Source: Spirochaetota bacterium
Lineage (GTDB): Bacteria; Spirochaetota; UBA4802; UBA5550
Assembly (NCBI GenBank): GCA_963664815.2
Contig: CAXXHB010000003.1
Coordinates: 1,024,001 to 1,088,000 of the forward strand
DNA length: 64,000 nucleotides
Direction of reading: 5' to 3'
A program made the position numbers and the translations under genes. Below, in pieces: positions 63,226 to 64,000 of the stretch; within the stretch, counting starts at the first letter, position 1; each line of letters begins with the position of its first letter. The notes beneath the pieces were generated by a model. The model had not been told where the DNA came from. It saw only the letters and a program-made list of their open reading frames with translations, and did no database searches.

Positions 63226-64000
63226 ATGCTGAATAATACAGGTTTAATTTCAATTTACAACAGTAGGAAGGTGCTGGCAGGGGTCTTTACAGGGCTGATA
63301 CTTCTGGGCTGCTTATATGTAATCAGCAGATTCAATTACCTGCTGTTTCATATGCTTGCTGAATTATTTTCTATCTCTGTAGCCGGCGCCGTATTTTTAC
63401 TGGCATATAATGTAGCCGGTCCTTCGCGTAACGATTCAATGGTTTTCCTCGGTATTTCATATTTTTATATCGGTATGATCGATCTTATTCATACGATGGC
63501 CTATAAGGGGATGGGTATTTTCCCTGAGGAATTAGGGTCAAATACTGCAACTCAACTCTGGATAGCGGCCAGGGCGATGGAGGCTGTAACCATGCTTGTA
63601 TATCCGATGCTGATAAACCACCGCTTCAAAGCGTGGTCCTTCAAGATTAATATAGCATATGCCGGCATAACCGCTGTGATAATGGCAGCAGTATTTTCAT
63701 GGGGGATCTTCCCTGTTTGTTATATTGATGATACAGGACTGACGGTTTTCAAGAAAACCTCCGAATATATAATCTGCATTGTACTGGCCGCGGCAGTTAT
63801 TCTCCTGTCAAGCAGGAGAGACGACATGGATAAAGATGTATTCCGCCTGCTGTTCTTTTCTCTGGTTGTTACCATTGCTGCGGAGCTGGCATTTACCTTT
63901 TATGTCGATGTTTATGGATTTTCCAACGTTCTTGGTCACTTTTTCAAGATAATCTCTTTTTTCCTGATATATGCAGCTTTTGTGCGTTCTTCACTGATCC
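63226..64000 (+). CDS. MASE3-domain membrane sensor, truncated by window end
   Basis: Hand translation FNYLLFHMLAELFSI, DLIHTMAYKGMG, TQLWIAAR, GLTVFKK.SEY. Confidence 0.8.
   Translation, partial: MLNNTGLISIYNSRKVLAGVFTGLILLGCLYVISRFNYLLFHMLAELFSISVAGAVFLLAYNVAGPSRNDSMVFLGISYFYIGMIDLIHTMAYKGMGIFPEELGSNTATQLWIAARAMEAVTMLVYPMLINHRFKAWSFKINIAYAGITAVIMAAVFSWGIFPVCYIDDTGLTVFKKTSEYIICIVLAAAVILLSSRRDDMDKDVFRLLFFSLVVTIAAELAFTFYVDVYGFSNVLGHFFKIISFFLIYAAFVRSSLI

Noticed and set aside
1-64000. tRNA, rRNA, prophage or integrase genes
   Set aside because: No cloverleaf, rRNA signature, phage structural gene or tyrosine/serine recombinase recognised.

Overview
64-kb bacterial chromosomal window, probably from an anaerobe. 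The lipoprotein style and gene mix weakly suggest a free-living spirochaete; this is inference only. The flanks carry an acetyl-CoA hydrolase/transferase, several PAS histidine kinases, an adenylate cyclase, pyc, MFS and RND transporters, and kdpABCDE. They enclose a ~20-kb defence island (~8.1-27.7 kb). The island has a WYL regulator and a complete type I-B CRISPR-Cas operon (cas6-cas8b-cas7-cas5-cas3-cas4-cas1-cas2). That operon is interrupted by a REP-associated tyrosine transposase with its GTAG palindromes (one in-frame inside cas6), an MNT-HEPN toxin-antitoxin pair and a DUF433 remnant. A 77-repeat CRISPR array follows, with block duplications and pairs of spacers differing only synonymously. 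Directly behind its trailer is what looks like a decayed integron-type cassette array hit by an IS3. The best candidate for an undescribed system is a four-gene operon at 50.9-54.5 kb: anti-sigma-type kinase, STAS-like protein, PhcB-like SAM methyltransferase and a membrane sensor fused to a PP2C phosphatase. This could be methyl-ester quorum sensing wired to a partner switch instead of a histidine kinase. All family calls come from motif recognition by eye; no database search was run.
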